Source: Mobula birostris (Eukaryota). From it: 64,000 nucleotides of DNA. The translations under genes were made by a program, and so were the position numbers. How positions within the stretch are numbered: position 1 is the first letter of the stretch; each line of letters opens with the position of its first letter. The notes beneath the pieces are model-generated. The model was not told the origin of the DNA. It saw only the letters and a list, made by a program, of their open reading frames with translations, and did no database searches. Of this stretch, positions 38,840 to 53,209 are shown one piece after another. The DNA is taken from positions 19,168,630 to 19,232,629 of the forward strand of contig NC_092397.1 of the NCBI RefSeq assembly GCF_030028105.1, written 5' to 3'.

Positions 38840-40049
38840 CAGTCGCCCATGCAGGAGCTGATGAATCCAGAGCAACATCGGAGACCGATGGCGTCAAGCA
38901 CCAGCGGTGTCGCAGGATTGCCAGTCTGCACTGAACATCAGACCATCAGACCAACAAGGAGTTAGTGTTCACAGTGGGGACACAGAAAACATCCCACAGA
39001 TATCTGATGGTGACATTTCAATATTGTGCCATAATATGTAACAACCGCTGTCTCCAGGGAGAAACTAATGGGACTAAAAGCAAACATTACCAGGTCCCAA
39101 CGACCTGCAATAAAGTCTGGAGAGAAAGGAGAGACATTGAAGTCTGTCAAAACTCACTGTTACAGAAAGGTCCCAGTTAGTTGAAAACCATTGTTGAAGA
39201 AGGGTGGAAGGCAACTGTAGTCCTGTTAACTTCACTTCAGGTACTGGAGTCGATAATCTATCAAGAAATAGCAAATCATTTCGAAAAGTTTAATGTCATT
39301 GAACTAAGTCAACAGGGTTTACAGTCAGATTCACACAGCACAGAAACAAGACCTTCAGCTCAAATTGTCCACTATGACCAAAGTTTCCATCTGAGTTCGT
39401 GGTCTGTAACCCCCTCACCACCACCAACTGGAAAAGTTGCCCTTCAGGTTCCTATTAAATCTCATCTTAAACCAATGCCCTCCAGTTCTTGATTCCCCAA
39501 CACTGGCAAAATAATTGTTATCTTTGACCCAACTCAGGCCCCTTATTATTTTTTACACCTCTGCAATATCATTACTCATTCTCCAACATTCCAGGGAAAA
39601 TTGACCAAAACGCTTTCCACAAATCAGTCCTTCAAGATCCAGCAACATCCTCGTAAATCTCCTCTGCTCTCTTCCCAGCTTAATGGTGTCTGTCACACTG
39701 CAGGGTCACTGAAACTAAACACTATTTGCGAAATGCGGCCAAACCAACGTGTTGGACAACCGCAACATTTCATCCCAGCTTCTATATTCGGTGCCCTGAC
39801 TGAAGGCCAGTGTTCCAAAAGCCTCTTCACCACCCTGTCCATCTGGAACCTGGTCTTGGACCCTGTAACCTGGGTTGTTGAATGTTCAGTCATGTTTGAC
39901 AAACATACCAGAGATTTGAGACTTTACAGAGGAAGTTGGAGAAGTGGTGTTTTTGGATTTTTGGGAGCCATTTGCCAAGGTGCCACATGTCAGGCTGGTG
40001 CACAAGACCAGAGCTCAGTACTGGGAAGGAAGTGTGTTAATACTGACTG

Positions 40050-43000
40050 AAGACTGGTTACCATACTGAGACAGAATAACAGGTCTGTTTCAGACTGGGA
40101 TGATATTACTAGTGGAGTTTCCCAGTGACCAGTTCTGGATCGACAATGATTTATTATTGATATTAATGACCTAGAGGAGGGAGTTCAATGACAGGGAATG
40201 TGGTGGGAGACATGTTGTGATTGGACATTTCATCTCTCCAACAGGATAAGAAGAAGCTGGTGAGTAGAATACTTGGTAAATGGAGTTTAATGTGGTTGAA
40301 GTGTGATGGCGTGTAGAGTGGTAGGAGGAATCAAAAGTCAGACTGTGATTTATGTGGAGATAAATTGTAAACGAGAGAAATAGAGAGGGGTCAAGGTGCT
40401 GAACTACACAACAAAATAGAGATGGATGCAGTGAGTGGTTCATAAAACCATATATGACCAAGGTTCAGAGCTGAATGGTTCATTGACATTCACTGCTGGG
40501 TTGTTGGTGCGGAGAAACAGAGAAGTGTTGTTACTGTGACAGACAAGTGCACAATGATGGATTTTGGGAAGTTAAAGCAGGTCAGGACATATCCAGTGAA
40601 TGGAGGGTCCTGAGGAGTGTTGATGAAAGAGAAACCTGGGGCACAGGTGCGTAATTCCCTGAAAGTGCCAACACAGGTAGAAAAGGTGGTGAAGAAGGAA
40701 CACGACATGCTTGTCTTCATTGGCAAAGGCTCTGAGAGGAGTTGGGTCATCACATTACAGTTGTACATATCAATAATGACACCACACCAGGAGTACCCTG
40801 TGCAGTTCTGGTCACATGAGAGGAAGGATGTGATTAAGCTGGAAAGGTGCACAAACGATTCACAGGAATGTTATCTGGACTGGGGGCTTGAGTTACAAGG
40901 AAAGATCAGACCGACTGGGACTGTCTTCCCTGGAGTGAAGGAGACTGAGAGGAGACCTGACAGAAGTTTATAAAACTATGAGAGGTGTAGACAAGGTAAA
41001 CAGGCAGAATCATTTTGCCAGGGTAGAAATATCAAATATGAGAAGGTGCAGCTTTAAAATGCCAGGGTGAGAATTTAAAGGTGGACGTTAGGGCAGGTAA
41101 GATTTCTGTTTCTGTACAGAGAGTGGTGAGGGCCGGGTATGGGCTGCCATGGGGAGTGGTGGAAGCAGATACGATAATGACATTTAACAGGGTTTTAGAC
41201 AAGTCCATGAATATTCAGAGAATTTAAGCACATGAATTATAAGCAGGCAGAAGAGATTAAGTTTCATTTGGCATCGTGTTCAGCACAGACATCATGGGAA
41301 GAAGGGTCTGTTCCTGTGCTGTACTGTTCTGTGTTCTCGGTGAGCCTCAGTGACAGGGGAGTCTTTAGCCAGGGTCACAGTCAGGTGTAGCTGTGGTAAG
41401 GAGAGAGACTGCACGATGGTGCATTACCTCCCTGGTACCAGGGACAGGGATGGAACTGAACAAGTACAGGCCATTCTGAAAGGGCAGGGTGAGCAGCCAG
41501 AGGTCGTGGTCCATATTGGCTCTAACAAAAGAGACAAAGTCCTGCAAAGAGAACTTAGGGAGTTGGGGAAAAGTTAAGTAGAAACTCTGTGGTGGGGGTG
41601 GGGGATAATCCCAGTACCACTCGCTAGCGAGGGAAGGAAAAAAACAAGGTATCACATTTCCGGCCCAAAACGGTGACTTTTCGTTTCCACGGATGCTGCC
41701 CGACCTGCTGAGTTCCTCCAGCGTGGTGTGCATGTTGCTTTGACCCCAGCATCCGCAGAGTATTTTGTGTTTACAGAGATCCAGCTGAGAGAAGGGCAAG
41801 ACTGGAAGTGAAACATTCCAGGATTCAGATGATTCAGACAGTCCAGAGGGAGGTGAATGAGGTTGGGGATCTGTACGGCTGATCAGGCAGAATGTCACAA
41901 GGTCGAGGTCACTCTGGAGGCTCCTCCAGTCAGACAATGTGGGTGAAGTTCAGGAATAAGAAAGGAGCAATCCCCGTGCTAGGATTATACTGGAAGCCTC
42001 ACAACGGCCAGTAAGAGAGGAACAGATATGTCGGCAGGTTATGGACTGATGTAAAAACTACAGAGTAGATATGGTGAGTGAATAATCTCCCCAGAGTAAC
42101 TGGGACTCCCTTGCACCCTAAGGCTTGGATGGAGCATTATCTGTGTTCAGGAAGATTTCCTGAAACAATATGTGGTCTACCAGGGAGGGGGACATTCTTG
42201 ACTTCACCTTGGGAAATATGGGACTCAGCAGAGTGGTGGCAGGAACAACCAGTGTTCAAAGAGGAATTAGACAGGTCCTTCAGGGGAAATGACCTGCAGA
42301 GCTGTGGGGACAGAGTGGGGAATGGGATTGTGGAAATGTTGTAGCAGGAGTTGGTATAAATTTGATGGGTCAAATAGTCTCGACGATCACAGAATGATTC
42401 TCTGCCCAATAATAGTCTGAAAAAAATCACTCTGGTCGCCAGTGAATCTACCAAACTCCAGGATGGACAAGATCAATTGTGTAATAAGGACACACTTCTG
42501 TTGAAACACTGACACTATATACCAAGCACACTGAGCTGCCAGAGCACAGCACCGGCCAGTGAGGACACAGACCAGTACAACACCCGGCTCTCTACTACAA
42601 AGTTCAAAGCTGAAAGTAAATGTATTATCAAAATACATTTCTGTCACCATATACAACTCTGAGATTAGTTTCTTGTGGGTATACTGCTGGTTTGTTAGAG
42701 CGGTTGGGGAGGGTTTAAACTAATTTGGCAGGAGCATGGGAACTGGTGTGAAAGGATGCAAGATAGGACAGATGGTAAAAAAGCAAAGATCGCATGCAGT
42801 CACACTGTCAGGAAGGGCAGGCAGATGATAGGACATAACTGCAGCCAGCAGGGTGAATATCAGTGCATGAGGGATGCAAAATCAATTAGGGTAGCAAATG
42901 CAGAACTCAAACTGTTATATCTCAATACACGGAGTGTAAGAAATAAGGTGGATAATCTTATTGCCCTATTACGGATTGTCATGTTTAATGTTGTGACCAT

Positions 43001-43818
43001 CACTGAATCACGGCTGAAGAATGTTTGTATTTGGGAGCTAAATGCCCCAGGTTACACGTATCAGAGGGATAGGAAGGTAGGCAATGGGGATGGCGTGGCT
43101 CTGCTGGTAAAGAATGGTAACGAATCAGTAGAAAGATGTGACACAGGATCAGAAGATGTTGAATCCTTGTGAGCTGAGTTTAAAAACTGCAAGTGTAAAA
43201 AGGACGTTGATGGTAGTTGTATACAGGCCTCCCAACAGTTGCTGGTACGTGGACCACAGATTACAACAGGAAATAGAAAAGGCAGGTCAAAAGGGCAATG
43301 TTGTGGGAGATTTCATCGGAGTCATGGGAGATTTTAACATGCAGGTCGATTGGGAAAAATCAGGTTGGAAATAGATCTCGAGAGTGAGTTTGGTGAATGC
43401 CGAACAGATGGCTTTTTGGAGCAGTTTGTCATTGAGCTACTAGGGGAACAGCTATACTGGATTGTGTGTTATTGAATAAACTGGAGGTGATTAGGGAGCT
43501 TTAGGTAAAATAACCCTTAGGAGGCAGTGATCTCAGTATCATTGAGTTCAACCTGAAACTGGATAGGGAGAATGTACAGTCTGACACAGCAGTGTTTCAG
43601 TGGAGTAAAGGCAGTTACAGTGGTATGAGAGAAGAGTTGGCTAAAATAAATTGGAAGGAGATGCTGGCAGGGATGGCAGCAGAGAAGCAACAGTTTCTGG
43701 GGAGAATGAGGGAGGTGCAGGATGAATGTATTCCAAAAACAAATAAATACTCAAATGGCAAAATAGTACAACCGTGGCTGACAAGGAAATCAAAGCTAAT
43801 GTAAAACCAAAAGGGAGG
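40050..43818 (+). mobile_element. Old CR1 fragments (RT/3' end, ORF1 SGNH piece, endonuclease piece)
   Basis: PHQEYPVQFWS, QPEVVVHIGSN, LLYLNTRSVRNK, VYRPPN and MGDFN motifs. Confidence 0.65.
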
Positions 43819-44059
43819 TGTGATGAGAATACACATAAAATTAAGATGTTTGCTGGCCTGGGTTAGCATCAGTGGCATCAGCAGTTGGTCTGCCACCTGT
43901 CCTCAGGGGGAAGGAGAGATAAGGAACAATGAAGCAGCATGTGGAGATGGTAATGAAGGAGCCATCAGTCTGGGTATTGCCAAGATCGGCTCCCCCTTTG
44001 AACCCTGAACTGTTTAAAGTGATGGACAGGCGATGTGAAGATGTGTAATGGGGGGGGGG

Positions 44060-44101
<42 letters not shown>

Positions 44102-44812
44102 CACACACACACACTCCCCCTTTGAACCCTGAACTGTTTGAAGTGATGGACAGGCGATACCCCAGCAGGGGGATAAAAAAGGACAGGTTCGCTAAGGCAG
44201 GACACACGACACCCGAGGTAACGAGACCCTGGAAGCGGTGCGCCTCTCACAAGTCGGTGAGAAGCTCTTGGATGGCTGATCGGGGGATCAGCCTTAAACG
44301 CACAGGGTGGAAAGGTACGATCAGCGGGAACCCGGTGTGTGTCCACCCTCGCTTGGGTGCCGGGTTCACTGCAGAGGATCGACCGCATCTGGAGGAGGGG
44401 TCACAGTCGGTGACCTCAGGTGACATCACCAAGGACCTGCCTGGAAGCTGTTTGTGAGCCATATCGCCGGTCTGTGAGTGGAAGCCGTGTCTGAATGATC
44501 AGTCGTTCCCATTCTCTCTCTCTCGCTCCCCCCACGTTGTCTATCGCCATGGCAACGATTACTGCGAACTGAACTAAATTGGACTGAACTTTTGTGTCAC
44601 TTTGAAATTAGTGACGATAGAGCTTGATTGATGCTGTTATCTTAATTCTGTGCACATGTGTGTTTATCATTGCTGAACTGCTGCATTTATTATCCTTTCA
44701 ATTACTGTGTTGCTTGTTTCTTTAATAAAACTTTCTTAGTTCCAGTAATCCAGACTCCAACTGAGTGATCCATTTCTGCTGGTTTGGCAACCCAGTTACG
44801 GGGTACGTAACA
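43819..44812 (+). mobile_element. Solo LTR (994 bp) inserted in a CR1 fragment
   Basis: Begins TGTGATG and ends CGTAACA; 4-bp target duplication GAGG at 43815-43818 and 44813-44816; AATAAA at 44724; internal (GA)n(CA)n and a 45-bp duplicated motif at about 43990 and 44114. Confidence 0.8.
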
Positions 44813-46009
44813 GAGGGCATATAACAAAGCAAGGCAGCAGAAAGGGAAATATAGACCAGTTAGACTGACCTCAGTGGTTGGGAAGATACCGGAGTCAATT
44901 ATTGAAGAGTATTGGAAACACAGGACAAGAAAGGACAAAGTCAGCACGGTTTCCTTAAGGGAAAGTCTTGCCTGATGAACCTGTTGGACTACCTTGAGGA
45001 GATTACACGCAGGATGGATAAAGGGGATGCACTGATGTCATATACTTGGACTTTCAAAAGGCTTTCTTTGACAAGGTGCCACAAATGATCGTGGCAATAA
45101 AAGGATTAATGCATGAGGGTGACCACTAGAAGTGGGAATGGTGCTGGAGATGGACAGACCTAGAGTTTCCAGGATGCTGAGACCAGAGATTCAGTGGGTT
45201 GGTCAAACCTGAGGTCAGGCTGTAAATAGTTTGGTGACTACCACGACTGGAAAGGGGAAGAGACAGACAGTGCAATGTCTCCCTGTGGCTGTGACCCTCA
45301 GCAACAAGTACACTCCTTTGGATACCCCTGGAAGAGTGACAAACCAGAGAGCAGCAGCCTGTCATGTCAGTGATACTGACACCCCGGTCCGATGCTCCGC
45401 GGGAGGAAAGGTCAATCACAGCAGTGATGACAACAGACTCACAGTATAGGGGATGTGCAGGAGATTCTGTGACAGCAAGAGAAATGCCACAGCGGGGTGT
45501 CGCCTCCTGGGTACTGGGGTCAGGCACGTCTCAGATGTGCAGGGTTTCCTAATGATAAACTTGCCAGTTGATTTGGTGGTACGGAAATCAAATGCAACGT
45601 CAGCATTCATTTCAAGACTACAACACAAAAGCAAGAATGTAATGCTCAGAGTTTATAAGGCATTGGTCCGATCACACTTGGAGTATTGTGAACTGTTTTG
45701 GGCCCCTTATCTAAAAAGGTACGTGCTCGCATTGGAGAGGGTCCAGAGGAGGTACACAAGAATGATCCAAGCAATAAAAGGGTTAATGCACGAGGATTGT
45801 TTGCTGCCCTGGGCCTGTACTCGCTACACTTTACAAGAATGAGGGAATCTCATTGAAACCTATCAAAAATAGAAAGACCTACAATGGAGTGGGGAGGATG
45901 TTTCCGATAGCGGGGCAGCCTGGGATCACAGGGCACAGCCTCAGAATACTAGGACATCCTGTTAGAACAAAGATCAGGAATAATTTCCATACCAAGGGGT
46001 AGTGCATCT

Positions 46010-47300
46010 GCACAGCCTGTGTCAGGATGTTGTTCATTGACAATAGCTCAGTGTTTAATACCATCAATCCCACAGTCCTGATTAATAAGCTGCAGAACCT
46101 GGTCTCTCTGCAACTCGATCCTCGACTTCCTAACCGGGAGACCACAATCTGTGCGGATTAATGGAGATGGGCTAACCCCTATTGACATCAGTGGATCTGG
46201 GGTTGAGACTGTAAACAGCTTTAAGTTCCTCAGCATCAGCATACCGAGGATCTCATGCAGTCTGCACACACCAGCTGTGTGGTGAAAAAGGTACAACAGT
46301 GCCGCTTTCACCTCAGACGGGTGAGGAAGTTTGCTATGAGCCCCCAAATCCTAAGAACTTTCTACAGGGGCAAAATTGAGAACATCCTGAATGGCTGCAT
46401 CACTGCCTGGTATGGGAACTGCATCTCCGTTAACGGCAGGACTCTACAGAGAGTGGTGCAGACAGCCTAGCGCCATCTGTAGTTGTGAACTTCCCATCAC
46501 TGAGGACACTTACAACAGAAGGTGTGAGAAAAGGGCCTGAAGGATCACTGGGGACCTGAGTCACCCCAACCACAATCTATTCCAGCTGCAACCATCCGGG
46601 AAACAGGACCGCAGCAGAAAAGCCAGGACACACAGGCTCCGGCTCAGCTTCTTCCACCAGGCCATCAGACTGATTAACTCACACTGATTTGAGTGTATTT
46701 CTATGTTACACTGGCTGTTCTATTTATTATAAATTAATATAAATTACTATGATTGTAAATTGCACATTTAGACGGAGATGTAACAAAAATTTTTACTCCT
46801 CATGTACATGAAGGATACAAGAAATAAAGTCAATTCAAATTGATATCTCCTCCTCGCTGACAATCAACACTGACACTGGTGCACCTCAGGGATTGTGCTT
46901 AGCCGACTGCTCCACTCCCCCTCTACCCATGACTGTGTGACTAAGCGTAGCTCAAAAGCCATCCAAAAATATGCTGGATACAAACGTTGCTGGTACAATC
47001 TCAGATGGAGAGGAGAGGACTTACAGGAGCAAGATTTACCAGCTAGTTGAGTGGTGTTGCAGCAACAACCTTGTGCTTAATGTCTGTGCGACAAAAGAGC
47101 TGATTGAAGGAAAGGTACGATGAGGGAACACAAACCAATCCTCAGAGAGGGATGAGAAGTGGAGAGAGTGAACAATTTCAAGTTCCTGGATATCAATATC
47201 TCCGAGGATCTAACCTGGTCCCAACATATCGATGCAGCTACAGTATAAATAAGGCATGACAGCGGATATGTTTCATAAGGAGTTTGGAGAAAGTTGATTT
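46010..47300 (+). mobile_element. Rex1/Babar-type LINE fragments
   Basis: VRMLFIDNSS, KKVQQCRFHLRRVRKF..ILRTFYRG.IE.IL.GCITAWYGN and GAPQG motifs. Confidence 0.7.
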
Positions 47301-47944
47301 CTCAATTTAAAACAGACAAAACTGCTCTAGATGTATTCTATATATGTTATTTCTGTTTTTGCACTGTTTTCAATCTACAAAATAAACATATCCATACACA
47401 CACATACTGTAATTTATTTATTCTTTCTATATTATCATGTACAGCATTAAACTGCTGCTGCTACATTAACAAATTTCATGACACATGTCGGTGGTAATAA
47501 ACCTGATTCTGGTTCGGACTCTGAATTCATCCCCACAGACGGCTGTGGCCAATTCATTGGGTATATTTAATGTGGATGTTCTTGATTGTGGGTGGGATGG
47601 GAGGGATAAGGATCGGTGATGGTCTCCCGAATGACCTGCCAGAGGAGGTGGTGGAGGCAGAAACGCACAAGTCTCTGTTCATGAACACTTCTCAGGAACC
47701 TGTCATTCACTGTGTACATCCTGTCCCGGTTAAACTTCCCAGTGCTGGATCCATTGCTGTTTTCCATCTGTATTAACGATCTGGATGAGAATGTGGTAAA
47801 CTGGATCAGCAAGTTTGCAGATAACACCAAGATTAGGGGTGCAGTGGACAGCAAGAAAGGCTAGAAAATATTGAGATGGGACGTTGTCCAGCTGTTAAAA
47901 TGGCAGATGGAATTTAATGCAGATATTATGATGTGTGTGTAACA

Positions 47945-50900
47945 AAAGTTTAACGAGAGAAATATGTGGTTTAAAGAGGATGAGGAAAAGCAAGCAGGCT
48001 GCGAGTGGAACGGCTCAGGATTTCCAGAGCGAAGGCATTTTACTACTCGGAGTAAAGAGAGGCAAGACTGCACAGGTACATGACGTCAGCCAGTAGAGCG
48101 GGAAAAGGTTAAAAAGAAGACCGCCATATCCAGCGGGCAGCAGAATGAGAGGGCTTTGGCTCAACTGGTTTAGGTGGTAATGCGGCGAGGTAGGTTTACC
48201 TGTGTTAATTGCGGAAAGGAAGTATGTGTGTGACACCGGTGTTCTGTGCTCGGTGCCAGATGTGGTAAGTTCTGGAGTCTCCCAGCCTCCTGGACGGGAA
48301 TATCCGCACCCCTGTGTTGAGCTGTGGCTCCTAAGGGATCGCGTCAGGGAACGGGAGTTGCAGCTCTTTGACCTTCGTCTGGTCAGGGAGAGCGAGGAGG
48401 TGATACAAGGATGATCACACCGGGACCACAGGAGACAGACAAGTGGTTAACAGTCAGGAGAGGGAAGGGGAAGAGTCAGGTACCAGAGAGTAGCTCTCTG
48501 TGGCTGTCCCCCTGAACAATAAGTACTGCTGTTTGAGAACTGTTGGTGGGGCGGGGTGGGACAGTCTTCCTGGGGGAAGCAACAGCAGCCGAGCCACTGG
48601 CACAGAGCCCGGCCCTGTGGCTCAGAAGGGTAGGGAAAGAAAGAGAAAGGCCTTAGTGATAGGGGACTCTTTAGTTAGGCACTCTGTGAATGCAGGAAAG
48701 AAACACGGATGGTAGTTTGCCTCCCAGATGCCAGGGTCCGGGAAGTTTCAGATCGCGTCCAAAATATCATGCAGTGGAATGGAGAACAGCCAGAGGTTGT
48801 GGTACATATTGGTACCACTGACATAGGTAGGAAAAGGGTGGAGGTCCTGAACACAGTCTACAGGGAGTTAGGGAGGAAGTTGAGAAGCAGGAGAGCAAAG
48901 TTAGTAATCTCGGGATTACTCCCTGTGCCACGCGACAGTGAGTATAGGAATAGAATGAGCTGGCGGATAAATGCGTGGCTGAGGGATTGAAGCAGGGGGC
49001 AGGGATTCAGATTTCTGGATCATTGGGACCTCTTTTGGGGCAGGTGTGACCTGCACAACAAGGACGAGTTGCACTTGAATCCCACGGGGACCAATATCTT
49101 GTGGGGAGGTTTGCTACTGGGGAGAGTTTAAACTAGAACTGTTGGGGGGTGGGGACCGAATTGAAGAGACTGGGGAAGAGGCGGTTGGCTCACAAATAGA
49201 GAAAGCTTGGAGACAGTGTGTGAGGGAGGACAGGCAAGTGATAGAGAAGGTACATGCTCAGACCAACAGTTTGAGATGTGTCTATTTTAACGCAGGGAGT
49301 ATTGTGAACAAAGCAGATGAGCTTAGAGAATGTATCACTACTTGGAGCCATGATGTGGTGGCCATTACAGAGACTTGGATGGCTCAGGGACAGGAATGGT
49401 TACTTCAAGTGCCGGGTTTTAGATGTTTCAAGAAGGATAAAGAGGGAGGCCAAAGTGGTGGGGCGTGGCACTGTTGATCAGAGATAGTGTCATGCCTGCA
49501 GAAAAGGAGGACGTCATGGGAGGATTGTCTACAGAGTCTCTGTGGGTGGAGGTTAGGAACAGGAAGGGGTCAATTACTCTACTGGGTGGTTTTCATAGGC
49601 CACCCAATAGTAACAGGGATATTGAGGAGCAGATAGGGAAACAGATCCTGGAAATGAGTAATAACAACAGAGTTGTCGCAGTGGGAGATTTTAATTTCCC
49701 AAATGTCAATTGGCATCTCCCCCGAGCAAGGGGTTTAGATAGGGTGGAGTTTGTTAGGTGTGTTCAGAAAGGTTTCTTGACACAATGTGTAGATAAGCCT
49801 ACAAGAGGAGAGACTGTACTTGATTTGGTATTGGGAAATGAACCTGGTCAGGTGTCAGTTCTCTCAGCAGGGCAGCATTTTAGAGATAGTGATCATAATT
49901 CTATTTCCTTTACAATAGCATTGGGAGAGATAGGAACAGACAAGTTAGAAAAGTGTTTAATTGGAGTAAGGGGAATTATGAGGCTATCAGATAGAAACTG
50001 GAAGCTTAAATTGGGAACAGATGTTCTCAGGGAAAGGTACGGAAGAAATGTGGCAAACATTCAGGGGATATTCGTGTGAAGTTCTGCATAGGTACATTCC
50101 AATGAGACAGGGAAGTTATGGTAGGGTACAGGAACCGTGGTGTACAAAGGCTGTAGTAAATCTAGTCAAGAAGAAAAGAAAAGCTTACAAAAGGTTAAAA
50201 GAGCTAGGTACTGTTAGAGATCTAGAAGATTGTCAGGCTAACAGGAAGGAGCTTAAGAAGGGGCCATGAGAAGGCCTTGGCGGGCAGGATTAAGGAAAAC
50301 CCCAAGGCACTCTACAAGTATGTGAAGAGCAAGAGGATACGACGTGAAAGAATAGGACCTATCAAATGTGACAGTGGGAAAGTGTGTACGGAACCGAAGG
50401 AAATAGCAGAGGTACTTAATGAATACATTACTTCAATATTCACTACAAAAAAGGATCTTGATGATTGGTGTGATGACTTGCAGTGGACTGAAAAGCTTGA
50501 GCATGTAGATATTAAGAAAGAGGATGTGCTGGAGCTTTTGGAAAGCATCAGGTTGGATAAGAGGCCGGGACCAGATGATATGTACCCCAGGATACTGCGG
50601 GAGGCAACGGAGGAGATTGCTGAGCCTCTGGCGATGATCTTTGCATCATCGATGGGGACAGGAGAGGTTCCGGAGGATTGCGGATGTTGTTCCCTCATTC
50701 AAGAAAGGGAGTAGAGATAGCCCAGGAAATTATTGACCAGTGAGTCTTACTTCAGTGGTTGGTAAGCTGATGAAGAAGATCGTGAGAGGCAGGATTAATG
50801 AACATTTGGAGAGGTATAATATGATTAGGAATAGTCAGCATGGCTTTGTCAAGGGCTGGTCATGCCTTACGAGCCTGATTGAATTTTTTGAGCATGTGAC

Positions 50901-52117
50901 TGAACACATTGATGAAGGGAGAGCAGTAGATGTAGTGTATATGGATTTCAGCAAGGCATTTGATAAGGTACCCCATGCAAGGCTTATTGAGAAAGTAAGG
51001 AGGCATGGGATCCAAGGGGACAATGTTTTGCGGATCCAGAACTGGCTTGCACACAGAAGGCAAAGAGTGGTTGTAGATGGGTCATATTCTGCATGGAGGT
51101 CGGTGACCAGTGGTGTGCCTCAGGGATCTGTTCTGGGACCCTTACTTTTTGTGATTTTTATAAATGAACTGGATGAGGAAGTGGAGGGGTGGGTTAGTAA
51201 GTTGCTGATGACACAAAGGTTGGGGGTGCTGTGGATAGTGTGGAGGGCTGTCAGAGGTTACAGTGGGACATTGATAGGATGCAAAACTGGGCTGAGAAGT
51301 GGCAGGTGGAGTTCAACCCAGATAAGTGTGAAGTGGTTCATTTTGGTAGGTCAAATATGATGACAGCATATAGTATTAATGGTAAGACCAAGGCAGTGTA
51401 GAGGACCTGAGGGATCTTGGGGTCAGAGTCCATAGGACATTCAAAGCAGCTGCGCAGGTTGACTATGTGGTAAAGAAGGCATACCGTTCATTTGCCTTCA
51501 TCAATTGTGGAATTGAAATTAGGGGCTGAGAGGTAATGTTGCAGCTCGATAGGACCTTGGTCAGATCCACTTGGAGGATTGTGCTCAGTTCTGGTCGCCT
51601 CACTACAGAAGGATGTGGAAACCACAGAAAGGTGCAGAGGAGAATTACAAGGATGTTACCTGGATTGGGGAGCATGCCTTATGAGAATAGGTAGAATGAA
51701 CTCGGCCTTTTCTCCTTGGAGCGATAGAGGATGAGAGGTGACCTGATAGAGGTGTATAAGATGATGAGAGGCATTGACTGTGTGGATAGTCAGAGGCTTT
51801 TTCCCAGGGCTGAAATGGCTGCCACAAGAGGGCATAGGTTTAACGTGCTTGGGTGTAGGTACAGAGGAGATGTCAGGGTAAGTTGTTTTTTTTTCTTTAT
51901 TTTAAACGCAGAGAGTGGTGAGTGCATGGAATGGGCTGCAAGCAATGGTGGTGGAGGCTGATACGATAGGGTCTTTTCAGAGACGTTTGGATAGATACAC
52001 GGAGCTTAGAAAGATAGAGGGCTATGGGTAACCCTAGTAATTTCAAAGGTAGCTACATGTTTGGCACAACTTTGTGGGCCGAAGGGCCTGCATTGTGCTG
52101 TAGGTTTTCTATGTTTC
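47945..52117 (+). mobile_element. Near full-length CR1 LINE (ORF1 with SGNH esterase, ORF2 APE-RT), inactivated by frameshifts
   Basis: ALVIGDSLVR and QPEVVVHIGT (ORF1); [39 protein letters not shown] and [10 protein letters not shown] (ORF2); TTTTCTATGTTTC tail near 52105. Confidence 0.9.
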
Positions 52118-53209
52118 CTTTCTCCCCAGAGGGAGGTTACAATCTGGAACACAGTCTGAACGGGTGGTGCAGGCTGGTATTTAAAGACCATCTGGATGAG
52201 CATTTGAATCACCAAGGCAGGGTAGGAGACAGACCAAGTGCTGAGTTAGTGGGGACAGATTCTCAATGGTCACTATGGACATGCAGAAACCACTGACAGT
52301 GAAAGTGCAATGGGAACCTGAAACACAGAACTTCAGGATGGTCATACCTAAAACATTCAGTACCCAGTATGATGGGATTGTTGTACAAAGGTATTAATGG
52401 TCAAATACTGAACCAACCCCCTCAAAAGGCTACCAAAATGCTGCCATTCCCTATGCACCAGTAACAATAGTTTTCTATGGGAATTTGGTGAAGTACTATG
52501 GGTGATATTAGGAGAGATGGCTGACAGCTTGGTCACAGTGGGAGGGTGCAAATGTCTTCTCAGAGGATAAGGGGTTCAGTGGAACAAGCTCACAGCTGAG
52601 AATGAAGGTGACAAACCCCACTGCAGTGGAGGACTGCTCTGGTCAGGGTTGTACGGGATAGAAACAGACCCTCTGGCCCATCACATTTATGTTCCCCATC
52701 ATACACAGCTATACTAATCCCACTTTCCTGCATTAGTTTCATATCCCTCTGGGTCTTGCTCACTGAAGCCCCTGTGCATTTGCCTCTAATATTGTTACAC
52801 AGTTCCCTGTATGTGGCATCACAGGCAGACAGGGTTGTGTGTTCTACTTGCCTTGACAATCAAAGAACTGTCTCTCATTAGAGTAGGACAAAACTGTTTA
52901 AAGAGAGATTTAAAGGGGATCTGAGGGGTAAATATTTCACACAGAGAATAGCTGGTATCTAAATCAGTACCAGAAGAGGTGTGGGGGAGGGGGGCAGAAA
53001 CTCCTCAGGAACCTGTGTACATCCTGCCATGATTTAACCTCCCAAAACAGAGTCACTGGTTTATACAGAAATGAAACAGTCCCTTCAGTACAACTCATCC
53101 CCGCCGACCAAGTTGTCGACCTGAACTCGGCCCATCTGCCTGCATTAGGCCCGTATCCCTCTCAACCTTTCCCATCCATGTGACTGTGCAAATATGTTTT
53201 AAATATTGT

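Noticed and set aside
38283-38931. Minus-strand ORFs (LTCFTFRTS)n and (PDLLYVSYV)n
   Set aside because: Open only because the 27-bp unit lacks stops in those frames; no independent coding evidence.
47945-52117. Active full-length CR1 or domesticated gene
   Set aside because: ORF1 and ORF2 are broken into many pieces by stops and frameshifts.
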